Source: Vicugna vicugna
Lineage: Eukaryota
NCBI GenBank assembly: GCA_013265495.1
Contig: MU058844.1
Span: 7,997,260 to 8,061,259, forward strand
Length of the DNA: 64,000 nt
Direction of reading: 5' to 3'
Shown here: positions 1 through 12,372 of the stretch, piece after piece
How the letters are laid out: every line of letters begins with the position of its first letter
Position numbering within the stretch: the stretch's first letter is position 1
The notes under the pieces: generated by a model
The model's database searches: none
What the model was told of the DNA's origin: nothing
The model's input: the letters and a program-made list of their open reading frames with translations, nothing else
Program-made: the position numbers and the translations under genes

Positions 1-532
1 TTCTACATTTCAGGCAACTTTGAGTCATTTCTCCATATGGCCTCTCCTTTTTGTTTATTCATTCATTTAAAACAATTTTTTAAAATAAAAATTCCCTGTT
101 GCTGTATCCTTTATTCACCCATGATCCCTGAAGCTATCGATAACCAAACGACCAGTCAATTCACTTCCTCCTTTCCTCCATTTTAATAGTGCTACTCCAG
201 CCAATGACTCCTCTTAAATTTACAAGTCTTGTCCAACCCCCAACAACTAAAAATTCCCCACAATATTTCTCACAGCATTTTAACTTCAAAGGAAAGCACA
301 GACAAAATACTTGCCACACATCTCACACTCTGATGAAGTTAGTAAGAATCAGCTAGCATCTTAGCAAGTTAGGATTCTCTACAGGATTAAATAGCTGCGA
401 TGAATCGGGCAGTCTAACATATGAGTCAAGAGCAGAGATTCCCAACAACTGGACAGCTCCCACACTTAGGAAGCTATGTGACCCTTAGAAAATCATTTTA
501 TCTCTTGGCTCTAATTTTCTCTATGACAAAAG

Positions 533-862
533 AGAGGACAGGTGGAGCACAGAGGACTTTTAGGGCAGTGAAACTATTCTGTGCGATACTGTAATGGCAG
601 ATACATGTCATTATACATTTGTCAAAACCCGTAGAACACACGACACAGAGAGTGAACCCTAATGTAAATTATGGCCCTTGGTCAATAATAATGTATCAGT
701 ATTGGCTCATCAATTGTAACATGTGCAACACGAGCTCAAGTTGGTACAATTAGGGAAACTGTGTAGGATAGTCGGAGTGTGATAATATAAGGCAATTCTG
801 TACATTTTGCTCAATTTTTTTTATAAACCAAAAACTGCTCTAAAAATAGTCTACTATTTTTA
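533..862 (+). mobile_element. L1MC-type LINE-1 3' end fragment
   Basis: ggagcacagaggacttttagggcagtgaaactattctg...gatacatgtcattatacatttgtcaaaaccc...gtgaaccctaatgtaaattatgg resembles the L1MC 3' UTR. Confidence 0.8.
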
Positions 863-3800
863 ATAAGGATAATAAAATCTGTTTTATGAGTACTGAATTA
901 TCTGAAAGGATACACATAAAGTAGTTATTCCAGTACACAGGCCTATTTTAAGTTTATAATAAATGTTAACTGTCATTTTATATGTAGATATATACATATG
1001 TATATGTGTATAGTCTGCAACTGAATGTTGAGTTCTGAGTGACACAGAGTATGTTGTGTTATTCACACAGCCTCAAAACACAGGGTCAGCCTTTAAATCA
1101 TCACTGGGAAATAATGTACAAGGAACTTGCAGAAGATAATAAAAGATGCAAAATGAAAACTATCATCAGTGTAGAGACTGCACACATGTTACATGCAAAA
1201 GTATAAAAGGGTCTGTGAACTTTCATTTAAGTTTTAAGGACAGAAGAGAAGAAAGTGGCTCATTTATCAATGTCACAGTAAACAGGGCAGTAAAATTCTT
1301 ACATGTAGTCCACTGGCAAAGCTACAGCACGTAGCTTTAAAAAATGCGTTAGAACTCAAAGGACAGTGGTCTCAGATTACTCAAATGAATCAGGTTATTA
1401 AAGGCAATGAGTCCGACCATCTCCTAAATGCAAAACAAATACACTGAAGGCCAGAAGAGTCTTTTGAGGGGGAGTATCAAACCATCATGCAAGAACCGAT
1501 CTTTCTGCTCTGACCACTATTTATTCAAGTGCCAAATAATGAGGAAAATACAATTCTCATGAGGGAATATAAAATCAAGAGTCAGCCAAATGCATAAGTC
1601 AACCAAACATACACAATACTGGGTCTTAGGAAGGGGTGGTTGGGAGGTAACACTGCATTTAATCAACTTTACTCTTCTCGCTATTACTATTATAGAGGGA
1701 TGGTAGTTAAGAAAGTGAAGAAAAAAAGTCATTCTCAGCAGTTTTCTCTTGGTGTCTTTTAGATCATGTCAGTGTTCGCTACAAGCAAGCGATACAGATT
1801 AGTCACTGGTTGTACAAACTCCTGACACCAAACACCATTACTGGTTTTGTATATTGGTTGGGATGTTTGGGCACATGTGGTGGTTCAGAAAACCAAGAAA
1901 AAGTGACTGCAGTCAGCTGTGACAAACAAGAGAAGTGGGAGCAGAGAGGCTTGGTTTCCACTGCCAGGTCTGACTTATTTGCTTGTTCATGTGTTTTTGT
2001 AGGTTAATTTTTTTTTTTTTAATTTGATGCCTACCATTTGCCTTGCACTGTTCTAAGGACTGGAAATAAAACATACAGCCGTGAACAGCACAGAGTGCTT
2101 GCTTCCAAGTCCTAGTCACAGGAGGCACAGAGCAAACAAATAACCCAATCAGCAAGGGAATGTCACAGAGCACTGAGACCAAGGGCTTTCATCATCAAAT
2201 AAGGTGGTTGGCAAGTGAAATTTCAAGTTTGCAAAGTTGTAATTCTAGGAAAGTATTTAACAGTTTGCATGTGACAATTCAGTATCCAAACGCAAGGCAG
2301 TTAAAATAGCAAAAACTAAGTATGCTGACACAAAGAGTGACCGACGGTGGAAAAGATGAGAGTCAAGGATATCAAACAGAGCTATTGAAATACTTGGTAA
2401 AAACTTTAATCTTAACATCAGAACTTTGAACAATTCTAGATAAGACATTCTCTGCAGTTAGCATATTAGTGCTGATATGCAGAATTAACCTGTCGTACTT
2501 AAAGCAGCACGAATGACTCTGGGATCAAGGGGAAGAGCTAGAAAGATAAGAAAAGAGGAAAACTGACCAGAACCAGTGCAAAGACATCTTCCTGGCCAAG
2601 GGCTGCACCAGTAGTTCGAGCTGAGGGATTTGAGATGATCAATATGTAGCCCTGTTATTATAATATTTGTAGCACTGTATTGAGTATTAAAAACACACAC
2701 TCAAGATTAGTATCATTTAAATTCATGAAAAACAGTATCCTTAATGAGGACTAGGCTTTGTCAGGTCCTCTTCTGAATGGCAGCAATAAAACATACACAC
2801 GTAAGATATTCAGGAAAGTTTAGACAGACTGTTTCACAGCATAGGATTCATTTTCAGCTCATTTATTTTGTTTTCTAATTAAACTGGAAGCTGCTACCAC
2901 AGTTCAGAAATAGGTGCCTACCCCTGAGTGGGTGTACAAGGCAAACAGTATCTCTTCTGATTGCTGATCAATACCTTTCCAACTATAACATACAGAAATA
3001 TTAAAAAAAATATATATACATATATTTATATACACATATCCCCTCTCCCCAAATACTCCTGGAACTCCTACTTGACAAAGCACTCAGGAATATTAAACAA
3101 GAGAGAATTATACTATTAATGGTTTCAGATTGAACTGTTGTCTTTTAAAAAGTAAACCATACACCAAATTTTGTACTTATTTTTAGTAATAAATTACTCA
3201 TTGTATCAACCACCCCTCCACAGTGTGTTTTGATGCCATAGCTCAGAACTGCTATTTTACTGAATGAACCTGAAAACAGCACGACTTTGCACTGTTACGC
3301 TGAATTATGAATATATACACATACACGGTGTAATTACTGAATCCATCTTGTCTTATAAACTAGATTACTCACTCCTGTAAGATACTACTTTTCTCCTAGA
3401 GCCATCTGAGCATGCTGTAAATATAATTACCAGTCAACAAGTAAACGAGCTACTGCTGTTTTCTTATATATAACTTAATAGAATAAAGTTACTCCTTCGT
3501 TATCTAGTTTGCATGTTTTCAGTAAACTGCAGAGCTGTGAACACAGCAGTAACTTCTCCTTTTTACCTCTGGAAACTGGCATATGAACTAAGGCCTACAG
3601 ATCTATACGAAGATCTTGGAACTAGCCTGATTCTCAACCAAACAGTCACATCCTAACGAGGGACCACCTGGGCCTCCAGCACTGGCAGGGACACCAATGA
3701 GACTAATACGAAGAGCAAACCACAGCACTGCCCTTAGGTGGCCCCACTCACATTTAGAAGCTGCTTTAAGGTAAATTGTAGAAGAATCTTCTTCTGTGAC

Positions 3801-5179
3801 TGTGTGTCCAGCAGCCACTTCCATACACTCAGTGTTTACTTCAGAGGACTGTCTGACAATTGTGAATGTCAGTCATTTTTCACAACCAGTGACAATCACA
3901 TCTTCAACTATGTAGCCAACAGATAAGAATGGGAAGCAGTCAATAAAATGGGTCCAAAAACTTATGTGTAGTTTGGTAAATGTGCTGTTTAAACCTGTCT
4001 TATAGTTTAATGAATATAAATGAAAAAGCAATGAAACGGTCTTGAAAAATTAATGTGACCCCCAACATTTACAAATAGAGAAAGCATTGATAGTCTATCT
4101 TAACATCAGTCTTTATATGCAGTGTGTCTTCAGGATATAAAAGTGTTTCTTCCTCACAAGAAAAATATCATTAAAAAAATCTAACAGTAGAATTAATTCT
4201 TACAAACCAAGATGATTTACATCAAGGCATTTAGTTCTAAAGTCCCTCCAAGTCATTATATATAATCAGCCAGAGTTAACCTTAATTAGAGGCAAAGTGA
4301 AGGGATGGGCAGTGGTAACTTTCAAGATGAAATATTCTTATCTCCAAACTACTGAAACATTTTCCATCAAATTATTAGAGACCTAAAATTTGACCATGAT
4401 ATTCATTTTTTTTTTAGGGACAGATAATATTTCTTCCGGAAATCTTTAAAATAAAATGGAATAAGGCTACCAGATACAGAAATAAATGTGGGTAAACAGT
4501 GTACTGATAGTAGCTTGTGGGTTTCCTCCCTGAATTGTCCAAGTTTCACTTTCTATACATGTCAGACCTTCTGTTATCTGTTTTCCTAATTGTCCCAAAG
4601 TAGAAGCTGCCTGAGAGATACCTGGAGGTTATTGTCATAAGCTTAAGCTCCATGAAAATGTGTGTCCAATGACACAGAGGGCAGGTGGTGGCGACAGGGG
4701 GTGCCCTCAGTGTGTTCAGGAGCAGCATCCAGAGAAGCTGTTGAGACCTCAACTGGGAGGGATGGCTCTGGAGTGTACCTAGGGCAAGGCTGGATCCCAG
4801 AACCGGAACTCCCAACCTGAGCAAAGCTTCTCTGAAAAGCATCCCATCCCAGGTCCTACTGCGGAACCATCAGATTTCAAGGTAGAGGTATCAGCTCAGG
4901 CTATGATGACCAAGACAACCTCCCTCATAGCTTTCTGAGCACCATTAAGCCTCCCAGATTTAGGTGAACACTTGGAAGGAGAGGAGGTCACAAAACTGGC
5001 TGAAATTAAATGACTGACCAAGTGGGATGAAAAGCTGCAATAGACCAAACTTCAGTCCAAGAAGTTAAAGTGGGCCATCCACATGCAGCTGGGGTCCTGG
5101 CTCAAATGTCAGCACGCTTCACGAGCAGCAGGCACAAATAAGCAGTTTGCAAATACCGAAAAATAGAGCCCGATATCCC

Positions 5180-5700
5180 CATTAAAAACATGTTAAACTT
5201 ACTCAATAATCAGTTCACTTAATGTAAATTAATACATTGAGATGCTATTATTCATCTATCAGTGAAGTTGTCCCCAAATGACAGAACTCGATATTCCTGA
5301 GGGTTCATAAAAACAGACACTCAGATAATACATGGCTAAAACACAGTAAAAGACAAGACCTTCCTGGGAGCAATCTGATATGGATCAAAGCCTTTAAGTC
5401 AAAGATACACTTGGGCCAAACAATTCTATTTCCAGGCATTTGCCCTAAGGAAATATCTGTAAATACCAAGAGACGGCTATTTATTTTCATTGCAGTGTTG
5501 TTTATACAGATTCAGTGTCCACTAGCCCAGGCTTGATTAATCAAATGTAATTTCAATGAAATATTATGTATCTATTAAAACGACTTTGTAGAAATTATTT
5601 AAACCACAAGAGATTTTCATTATTTATTGCTAAATGAAGTAAGTAGGTTGTAAATTATAGTTTATACCCTAATGATAATTCTTTTTTAAAAAAAGCTGAA
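5180..5700 (+). mobile_element. Ancient L1 (L1ME-like) 3' fragment
   Basis: Degenerate motifs aaaacatgttaaacttactcaataatcag, caattctatttccaggcatttgccctaaggaaata and ttcattgcagtgttgtttata. Confidence 0.6.
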
Positions 5701-5914
5701 GGAATACCTGTATCACTGGCTCATTTTACTCTGGGGTTTCAAAGGTGAATGAGCGGGTTGGGCCTTTGGTGTTTCGAGACTGTGACTGAGGGAAGGACAC
5801 ATCTAGAGGGGACTCTTTAAAAACAGTGCTGTGTGAGTGTCATCTAAGTGTCTCAAGAACACAGAACAACTGAGTCGACTGAGAAGGGAAAGAGAATGCT
5901 TTAGAGATGTGACA

Positions 5915-7140
5915 TTTCACTCCACAGAAATGTCTTGAGCTCCTGCTATGGAACAGGCTGTGTTCCAGGTCTTGGTAATGACGACAAAGTTCCTGCTGTC
6001 CTGCAGTCCACTCTAGTGGTGGAGTGATAGTTCACACACCAGCAGGGGACACTCTCAGCCTAAAGCAGTTTGGTTAAAAAAAAAAATAACACAGGCTAAT
6101 AACACAGGAAAGAGTAATACATATTGTGGGTAGGGTGTTTTCTGATAAAGTGGTTAAGAAAGGCCTTTGATGACACCTGAGAAGTGACCTAAGTAAAGGG
6201 AGTGAGTGAACCACGCAAAGATCTGGCATGTCTGGAATGTTAGGGCTTACCAAGAAAACCAATATGGCGGCAGCAGAGTAAATGCCACAAAGAATCATAG
6301 GAAATGAGGGTGAGAGATAGGGACCAGACTGTGTAGGACATACGAGGCACTGGAAGGTATTTGGAATTAATTTTTCTTTTTTGGTAGTAAAATTCACAGT
6401 TTCAGGACTAGATGCCACATGTTGCTTTGATTCATAGCATTTCCTCAGTGTTAAACCAGCAAAGCATCGAAAAGCCTCTGGGAACTGCACAAAATATGGA
6501 AAAATTCTCAAGTGTGTGTCATCCTTGCATGGAGGCCATGCTAATTCTCTCTGTGTCATTTCAATTTTGGTATATGTGCTGCTGAGACAAGCCCTGGAAT
6601 TTCTTTTGACTAGGAAGGAACACTGGGGAGGCTTTTAAATAGAGGTACAATATGATCTCACTTATATTTTTACCAGAATACACTACAGTTGTTGGATGGA
6701 AAACTGACTGGAGGGGACACAGAAGAGACAATAGGGAGATCACTTAGGAGGTTATTAATATTCCACGGCTAAGGTTAGGGTGAAAGCAGTGGAAAACGGT
6801 GAGATATGGTTAGATTTGGAGTATCTTGCAGATAGGTGACTGATGGATTGGGTAGGGGTATAACCTAAAAACAGGAGTCAAAGATGACCGCACAGCTTTG
6901 GCTTGTGGCTCCAGGTGAATGCAGGAATCATTTATTCATATGGGAGAGATGTCATGGAAGCGAGTGTTGGTGGGAAGACTGGTGTGCAGTGGAGTAATCA
7001 AGTTCTGTTTGACCAGGATGCTGGGGCATGAGAATATGGAGGCCTACTGAAGAAGGACCGGCTGGGGAGGAGGCCACAGACTGAGCATTGGCAAGGAAGA
7101 GGAACACCCGATGTCTGGTACCCTGCCTGAGAAGAAAGTA
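5915..7140 (-). mobile_element. L2 LINE fragment, interrupted by the U6 chimera insertion
   Basis: L2 antisense hallmarks: ttgagctcctgctatggaacagg, atgatctcacttatattttt, gtgagatatggttagatttggagtatctt and aggagtcaaagatgacc. Confidence 0.75.
6491..6594 (-). pseudogene. U6 snRNA retropseudogene (full length, diverged)
   Basis: Plus strand aaaatatgga...gtgtcatccttgcatggaggccatgctaat...caattttggtatatgtgctgctgagacaagccc aligns end to end with the reverse complement of U6 (roughly three-quarters identical by eye, with CpG decay). Confidence 0.92.
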
Positions 7141-7954
7141 AAAGAGAGCTTGCAAGAATGCAAAGAGGAAAGCAAAAATGGGCAAAAACAAAAACAAAAA
7201 CCTCTTGTATATCAATCATGTTTCAATAAAAGGGGAAAAGAAGGATTTTAAATAATTATTTAAAATAAGTTACTTGCCATTCATAAATATTTAAAATATC
7301 TGATTAATAAAAAAATTAAATTATATGTTGCTTTCTACACAGATTTGACATTATGATTTCAAATTAGATTTCGAGGTATAAATACAAATAGCAATTTCTA
7401 AAATGCGACATAACTGAAGGTGTTTAGCTCATTCAGATTTGCTCTTATATAACAAGTTTTCATCTCCTTTCTACAGCTGCTCACTTGTATATTTTCCCTT
7501 CAAGATTAAAGAGGTCATCCACACATACTGTAATAACATTTTAGTGGGAGATAATTAATTTGAAAGGACACAACCACAGCTTAGGCTCCATCTGGGCAAA
7601 CTGCTTAGGCTGTTACATTGTACTGCTATACTAAACTCTAAGTCAAGTTAAAGCCAACATCTTAGCAAAACACTTCTCCATCCATAATATCAGCTGATGA
7701 GAACGATATTCAGATATGTCTGAGGAAGTTGTGGTGAAGTAAGGAGAAACTGTGTTTGAATCAAATTTGTAATTAAATTGTAGATAAATACATACTAAAA
7801 TTTTATCTGAAATTTATGCAAACCATTTTTAAATCAAAATTGGCTATTTTCAGACTTTAGAATAATACATATAATTTACCTTTGACTCACAGACCAACAG
7901 AAAAAATATGTCTGCTTGAAATTAAAACAATAAACTTTCAGCAATTCATTAAGT

Positions 7955-8990
7955 TTATTCATTGATTTCCTTAATTCAACAAATATTTATTGGGCACTGG
8001 GTCAAGCACTAGGATGAAAATGGTGAATAAGGACATGACCCTTGCCCTTGCGAAGTGTCCAAAATTGTAGCTGTTATGAGGATGACGAAAACAAGGACAG
8101 TGAATTTCACCTCAAATCTAGTTGAAGAAATCAGGAAACATTTCCAAAGGAATTGCTGCTTGCTCTAGGAATCTGAAAGCTGAGTATGATTAACTAGTGA
8201 AGAGGAGACCAAAGTATTCACAGTAGAGACACAGCAAAGGTAAAATCTATGTGGCAGGAACCCAAAAACACTGCATGGAGCCCAGGATGCCGGAGGCACA
8301 GAGGAGGAGTAGAGACAGATCATGTGAAAAGAACAGTCTGGCTAATGGGTTACAGGAAGGACTCTGTCCTGGTCTGTTCTGTAAATATCACTCCGAGGGC
8401 AGTGTGATGGAGATTGTGATGGGAATGGAAGGGATGTAGGCAGATTAATCTAGACTTTTAAAAGAGAGTGATGGGGTTGATAATGGAGATGACGATTAGG
8501 GGACCAACAGGAGGCATACTTGGGTAATCCAGATAGGGAGAGGGAGGGGGCGTGGGGAGGAAGGCAGAGGTTGCAAAGATGACCTCAGGTTTCTGATTCT
8601 GAAACTGAGACAAAGCTGGTAAATAACAGAAAAAGATCAGGTTAAGGAGACAGCTTATGAGCTCCGTTTTGAGACTTGTAGAGACTGAGGTACATTTGAG
8701 ACATCTAGCTATCAAAGGTGTGGTTTACTAATCAGGCTGAATCAAGACACGTGAGGTATAGTAAAACCATATTTTCAAGAAGCTATAAGTAGTCAATTAT
8801 GTCAATTGCTGAAAAACACCCAGTGGATTTAGTGACACAGAGACTGGCAGGTTCAGTCAGGTGTATTTCTACAGCCAAATAGGTCCTGAAGCCTGAAGGA
8901 CTGAGGGGAAGTTTGGAGAGAGGAGTGAGGAAACAGATACCCTCAGTCAACACATCTGGCTCTGAAGGAGACGGGGAGTGACCGTGTCAG
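7955..8990 (-). mobile_element. L2 LINE fragment
   Basis: Starts ttcattgatttccttaattcaacaaatatttattgggcact (L2 3' terminus, antisense). Later aaagatgacctcaggtttctg and tttgagacatcta. Confidence 0.7.
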
Positions 8991-10257
8991 CAGACGGGGA
9001 TGAGACAGAGTGAGTGCTTCGAAAAAGAACACAGAAAATCAAAACATAAATCACAACTGGGCACAAAAATTAATGCCTTGAGTTTTTTTTTCCTAGTTTA
9101 ACTGACCATTAAAAGAGAAAATACCCCCCAAAACTCTACTTCTAGAATTCTTCGTTAACCTTCCAATTACGGCCATGGCCAAACTAAAGCAGTCCAGAGT
9201 TCTTTACCCTGAGTCAGCTCCTCCTGGTGCTCTAACAGCACTTCATTCCCGCTTTTGTTGTGACACTTCCCATATGCAGGCTAATTACCATTTGTTATCT
9301 TCCTGTCTAATGGTAAACCACTTTGGACTTGTTTAGTCAACACTTAGCCAAGGGCCAGATGCATAGTAGGTGGTCATAAATGCATGAAAATGTTAAGTAT
9401 CTTGGAAAAGCAAACACTCAAAACACTCTTCAGAAATGCATACTTTCACTGGGAAGTCCTGTTGCCTTAATGACAGAGGACATAAGTTTCAGTGGGTAAA
9501 TCTGACTACATCTTGAGGCCTGAGTGATACCCTGAATGTCAACCCTGTCGTCACTGTCAACAGCTGCTCTATACAAGGGGGAAAAAATAGAAACCACAGT
9601 TTTTATCAGCATTCTGTGGTCCATGAGATGGCACCACAAGTTCACAGAAAATAGTTTCCAATAGGGAACCTTGCTTTAGGTGGAGAAAGTGGTCCCTGGG
9701 ATCTCCGCTTAGGGAATGAGTGCAATTGGAAAGCCCCTGAACCTCAGCTATTAGCAACGACGCCACCCATTCGGCTGGGGTGTTTGTGCAGTGGGCGCTT
9801 CCGGTCTGCCATGAGAATTCACTGGACCCCTCCGTCGCAAGTGGTTTAGCAACGGCAAAGGAAAGCGGCTATGCTGATCGGTCCCCACAGAGCCGGCCTT
9901 GGCTCACGGAGCTCAGGGCTGACACGCTGGCTGCAGAAGTTTAAATCCCTTGGGGATGGTCAGGAGAGCTGCGCTGTGAGAGTGGAAAAGCAGGAGCCTC
10001 GACAACAGCTGCTTTGCAGCTGGGTCACAAAGGAAGCGAGAAATCCTGACACCGTAAAAGGTAGCGGATGATGGGAAGGCAGTCTCTGCGCCTCCCCGTC
10101 TGTCACTGGCAGGGTGCCACTGGCTCTCAAATCCAAATGCTCTCACAGGAGAATAAAGCCAGATGTAAATAATTCCCTAATTTTAGACTTTTTTCTTTTT
10201 GGTAGAAATCTTCTGCAGTAAAGGATACAGAGTGTTATTTAACTTATTTAGACACAA

Positions 10258-10347
10258 TTTTTTTTTAATGGAGGTGCTGGAGATTGAACACAGGACCTTG
10301 TGCATGCTAAGCATGCGCTCTACCACTAAGCAATTTCCCCTCCACAC
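10258..10347 (-). mobile_element. tRNA-Ala-derived camelid-type SINE (vic-1-like), short form
   Basis: Reverse strand shows ...agtggtagagcgcatgcttagcatgcacaaggtcctgtgttcaatctcccagcacctccattaaaa. TSD tagacacaa at 10249-10257 and 10348-10356. Confidence 0.85.
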
Positions 10348-11384
10348 TAGACACAAAATTCTTTGACGATTTAACCAGGGTACCAAATAAAGCACTGGAA
10401 TCCATCACAGAAACCAGAGTTCTAATCTGGTTCTGATACCACAGAGGTGAACCACCAAGGAAACTCACTAATTTGAATAGGTTTCATTTTTCTCAGGTGT
10501 CAACCAAAGGACCTGGGTTCGCTGAACTCTACTGGTTATGAGTCTCTGCTTCAAAAATGGAATTCAATTCAGGGATGTGATGGTTAAAAATTCAGATTAA
10601 AGAAAAGTTAAATTCTTAATTCATGGCATCCTCCTTCGCTTCCATCACTTTCCAATTCATGACAGGGAGGAGGAATTGGCCCTTCTCCCCCAGATTCAGT
10701 CAGCTAACCCTGAGACTGGAAATAGTAGCTGAGACCTAAATTCAACCATAGTTGAATGTACTAACAAATGAAACGGAATGGAGTTGGAATAAACGGTCCA
10801 TTTAGCATCTTCGGAAAGTACTTTTGAGGTAAAGATGTCTATCGAAGGTAGAATATCCTAGACAGGGCCTCATACCAACCAGACCACATACATATTTAAA
10901 GTGTATTCTATGTTTTTGATTTTGTAAGTAATTTTAGTAAGTAATTCTAGTTTCCCTGAAACTCCTGTCTACATACATCCACTGTCCCAGGGTAAAAGTA
11001 ACAGCTCCCCAGCTCCCTCTTCCTGGTTGGGACAAATATTTTCTAACTACCCTAATTCTTACTTCCCTCTCACAAGTGTTCATCTAAATCAGATGAGTCG
11101 ACAGTGGTTTCATGACACGGCAGTGTCCCAGCAGATGAAGCCAGTAGGCTCCATGAGCAGCGTCAGTGAGGTCTTACTGTGACCAGTGTTCTATCCCCCA
11201 CCACACTCCTAACAAATAAAGCTTGAACAAAGATGTCCTTTCACAGCACAGGATGACCACGTGACCTCTGTCAAGCGTAATTAAGTTTCCATTCATCACT
11301 AATAAAGATAGATTTTTCTAGAAGTCTGTTGTCCGAGCACATTGCAATTCTACTTTATCTTTACAGGTTATATGATAAGAACAG

Positions 11385-11560
11385 AAACATTACAGAGCAG
11401 CTGACTGTACCAGGCATCATTCCAAGAACTTTCTGTGTAACATCACAGTAAAACCTCAAATTGAGATATTATTATCCACTTTACAAAATAAGAAACTGAG
11501 GGACAGAGAGGTTAAGTACCTTGCCCAAGGTGCAAAAGCTTGATTTGGCAGAGTTGAAGT
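11385..11560 (-). mobile_element. MIR SINE
   Basis: attatccactttacaaaataagaaactgagggacagagaggttaagtaccttgcccaagg matches the MIR core in antisense. Confidence 0.85.
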
Positions 11561-11565
11561 TAAAC

Positions 11566-11640
11566 AGGTAGAATGTGTGCTTAGCATGTGAAAGGTCCTG
11601 GGTTCAATCTTCATACCTCCATCAAAAAAATAAATTAAAT
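11566..11640 (+). mobile_element. tRNA-derived camelid-type SINE, 5'-truncated
   Basis: ggtagaatgtgtgcttagcatgtgaaaggtcctgggttcaatc...cctccatcaaaaaaataaat; lacks the 5' GGGGAGGG...AGCTCA part. Confidence 0.8.
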
Positions 11641-12372
11641 AGCAATTACTATGGAGGACAGTATGGAGACTCCTTATAGAACTAAAAAAGACTTATCATA
11701 TGATCCAGCAGTCCCACTCCTGAGCACTAGCCTGGAGAAAACTATAATTCGAAAACATACATACACCCCAATGTTCATAGCAGCACTATTTACAATAGTC
11801 AAGACATGGAAGCAACTTAAGTGTCCATCAGTAGATGACTGGATAAAGAAGATGTGGTATATACACATAATGTAATACTACTCAGCCATAAATAAGAGTG
11901 AATAATGTCAATTGCAGCAACATGGATGGACCTAGAAATTATCATACTACATGAAGTAAGGCAGACAGAGAAAGGCAGATATCATATCACTTACATATGG
12001 AATCCAAACAAATGACACAAATGAACTTATTTACAAAACAAAAATAGACTCCAGACACAGAAAACAAACTTAGGGTTAACCAAGGGGGAAAGGGCAGGGG
12101 AGGGATAAATTAAGAGTTTGGGATTAACAGATATACATTACTATATACAAGATAGATTAAAAAAAAAACAAGGACCTACTGTATAGCACAGGGAACTATC
12201 TTCAATTTCTTGTAATAACGTATAATGAAAAAGAATCTGAAGAGAAAAAAATATGTATGTATGTATATGTATAACTAAATCACTTTTCTGTGCAACTGAA
12301 ACTAACATTGTAAATCAACTACACTTCAATACAAAATCAAATTGAAAAAAATTAAAACATTAAGAAAAATAT
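11641..12372 (+). mobile_element. LINE-1 3' end (ORF2 C-terminus and 3' UTR, A-rich tail)
   Basis: ORF 11651..11875 (DLSYDPAVPLL...TPMFIAALFTIVKTWKQLKCPSVDDWIKKMWYI) is the L1 ORF2 C-terminal motif. It is followed by an artiodactyl-type 3' UTR (gtatagcacagggaactat). Confidence 0.93.

Noticed and set aside
3603..3824. 73-aa ORF on the gene strand as a hidden exon
   Set aside because: No similarity to TMTC2 or any family I recognise, and no convincing splice pair identified.
6074..6559. Longest ORF in the track (161 aa)
   Set aside because: It is a chance reading through the U6 retrocopy, its tail and L2 sequence; RELAWPPCKDDT is translated U6.
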